A stretch of 63,617 nt of DNA, the filler included, from Choristocarpus tenellus KU-1152 (lineage: Eukaryota; Protista; Phaeophyceae): NCBI GenBank assembly GCA_964200185.2. It is 15 parts of 15 records of this genome, joined end to end, with 100 filler letters (N's around TTAATTAATTAA, not from the genome) between each part and the next. Parts side by side here need not be neighbours in the genome. Positions count along the whole stretch, not along the records: positions 60,775 to 63,617 come from CAXNAD020024270.1; 14 more parts are not named here. The stretch is one strand, 5' to 3'. The notes below the pieces were generated by a model. That model ran no database searches, was not told where the DNA came from, and was given only the letters and a program-made list of their open reading frames with translations. The position numbers were made by a program, and so were the translations under genes. Shown here piece by piece: positions 61,623 to 63,617 of this stretch (position 1 is its first letter; each line of letters begins with the position of its first letter).

Positions 61623-63255
61623 CTACACCTCCAGTGTTTCTCCACTGCTGGCCTCATTCTTCATCGCCTTGCTGGCTGTAGTGGACCTTTTCCCCTTCAC
61701 AGGCACCTTCGGTTTGGCTTTGGTCGCAGTCTTTGCCTTGATAGCAGCTTGTGCCTTGGAAGGGGTAACCTTCTCCTTGGTGGCAGCCTTAGCCTTTGTG
61801 GTAACCCTCGCCTTGCCAGTTATCGAAGCCTTTCTTGTTGACTTTGTCGCCTTCACCTTCCCAACAGTTTTTGCAGTCTCACTGGTTGTTTCTGCAGACT
61901 CAGCCTCTGTGGTCGCACTTGTTCCTTCATCAGCAGCGCTCGAGGAAACCTTTCTAGCCTGCTTCTTCCTCACACTCCCCTTCAATCGGCTTGATGCTGA
62001 CCCAGACTTCATCCTCTTGGCTTGAATCAACTCCATGGCCACTTTAACGGTGATGTCCTCCTCATTCTCCTTCAGCTTCTTTGGTAACTGCCGAAATGCG
62101 AACCATATATTCATGAATTGAGAAAACAAGAAAACCCTTTACACTGGAGGGGGGGGGGGGGGGGGGGGGGGGGCCCCCCGCCCAAAAAAAAATTTTTTTA
62201 TTTTTTTTTCTAAAAATTCTCCCCCCCCCCCCCTCCTTCTTTTNNNNNNNNNNAAAGAAGATATGAGAAAAGAGGTGAGGGGTGGGGGTGGGGGGGGGTT
62301 GGGTTTTGGTGGGCGAGTCCTACGGTCCATTAGAATCATTTCATATAATTTTTTCAAACTAGTATCCCCGACCCCCCATTCTCTGTTCTGAAGATGAATG
62401 CATGAATGAGTTCTGTTTTCCTGTTGTGGAAATGACAGATGACACTCCCTTGGGAAATAAGTTTCTTCATGGGTTTGAGAGTGAAGGGATGGGAAGTAAA
62501 ACAGAATGAAAAGAAATAATAGAAAATAAATATCTCCCAAGGATATCGATGACTCAACAACACTCCCAACTAGGATACTTCATACTGCACTTGGCTTTAC
62601 TACTAGTACTAGTATTACTACTAGTATTACTACCACCACTACTACTAGTACTACAATTACTACAAACACCACTACTACTACCACTACTACTTCTAGTACT
62701 ACAATTACTACAAATACCACTACTACTACCACTACTACTTCTAGTACAATAAATGCCCTAAACATTGCTGTTTTCCGATTCTTACAACAAAAACGTGAAG
62801 GATTTGTGGGCTAAGGCAACAAAACAAAAACATAACAGAGCAGATTTGGGTTGAACATGGCGCAGGACCTGACGACGTATACATCCATACCTTTTATTGA
62901 TTAAAAAAAAACACCTCAAGGCCTAGAGCTCTGGAGTTTATATCAAGTAATATCAAGTAGCCACGGGAGCTCTTGAGCAAAAAAAAAAAAGCAAAAAAAA
63001 AGAAAGAACCTCATTGTTCTAATATTTTCCGAGAACCGGAGCTCTAGCTTACAGTTCAAACCACATAATATATATATATATCAGGAACGGGCTTTCAATA
63101 TAATTTATCGATTATCTGTTGTTTGTCACTCCTCCGATACTCACGTTTGCAAAGACACCATCGTGAGCGATGTACAGGCCGTAACGGCCACTACGGAGGT
63201 GTACCTCCTTTCCGTCATATTCACCCAGCACCTCGTCTCGGCGGTTCAGTTTCAT
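61623..63255 (-). CDS. topA: Bacterial-type DNA topoisomerase IA (TopA, probably organellar), last two exons
   Basis: Exon 63255-63145 (EVLGEYDGKEVHLRSGRYGLYIAHDGVFAN) plus exon 62087-61623 (LPKKLKENEEDITVKVAMELIQAK) form a Toprim_C_rpt repeat, followed by a Lys/Ala/Thr-rich tail. Phase 0 GT-AG. Confidence 0.85.
62597..62748. repeat. (ACT)n-derived low-complexity repeat with a 48-bp higher-order unit, intronic
   Basis: CTAGTACTACAATTACTACAAA(C/T)ACCACTACTACTACCACTACTACTT occurs twice, with flanking ACT triplets. Confidence 0.85.
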
Positions 63256-63617
63256 CTGGAGAAAAAAAAAAAAGTGTATAGTGTACCAGGTCGGCAAAAT
63301 AGGTTAACATATATTATTGGCAAAAATAAGGTTATCGTATCATTGGCAGAATAGGGTTACACATCAACAACAACAAACCGGTACATTAAAATGGAGATCA
63401 TTCCCAATTTCTTCCTCTCCTCCAAGAGAGGGCAGAGGTGGCAACGTGCTTGTTTGGTCTTGCAGCAATGTGGACGTAGTAGGCATGCCCCAGTGGGTCG
63501 ATATATATATATGTATATATATATATATTTTTTTTTTGGGGGGGGTGGTTGGGGGGTTTGATGAGGGGGGGGGGGGGGTCAACGTGACAGACATATATAG
63601 TACATGTTTATGGGTGG

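Noticed and set aside
61205-62765. Low-complexity ORFs (poly-V/L, poly-P/G, K-rich) and antisense ORFs in the track
   Set aside because: They are translations of microsatellites and homopolymer runs, or the opposite strand of the TopA exon. Most short ORFs in the supplied track are likewise intronic or antisense noise.

Overview
This is eukaryotic DNA from a fragmented draft assembly, not a prokaryotic locus. It holds 15 short contigs joined by artificial 100-nt spacers (N44-TTAATTAATTAA-N44), so adjacency across spacers has no biological meaning. Intron-rich GT-AG genes with signal peptides followed by an ASAFAP-like Phe point to a photosynthetic stramenopile, probably a brown alga or relative (inference). 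Reconstructable partial host genes: organellar family-A DNA polymerase (POP), UBL-WLM/Wss1-like metalloprotease, SDR, a head-to-head pair of plastid-targeted aldo-keto reductase and SAM methyltransferase, membrane-anchored GH16 beta-1,3-glucanase, sulfatase/LTA-synthase-like protein and bacterial-type topoisomerase IA. Much of the rest is mobile-element debris: a Ty3/Gypsy pol, clustered 3' ends of a CRE-like REL-endonuclease non-LTR element, DD39D mariner relics, and about 10 copies of a ~260-bp GAG...CTC MITE with a G-run sister family at many contig breaks. The most interesting observations are (i) an unrecognised ~100-aa domain present as two diverged, gaplessly alignable decayed copies on different contigs, (ii) a possible spliced, decayed beta-class DNA amino-methyltransferase-like gene whose 5' part overlaps a 96-bp-arm foldback, and (iii) the nested Sola-like MITE families. 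No intact novel multi-gene system can be demonstrated from this window alone.
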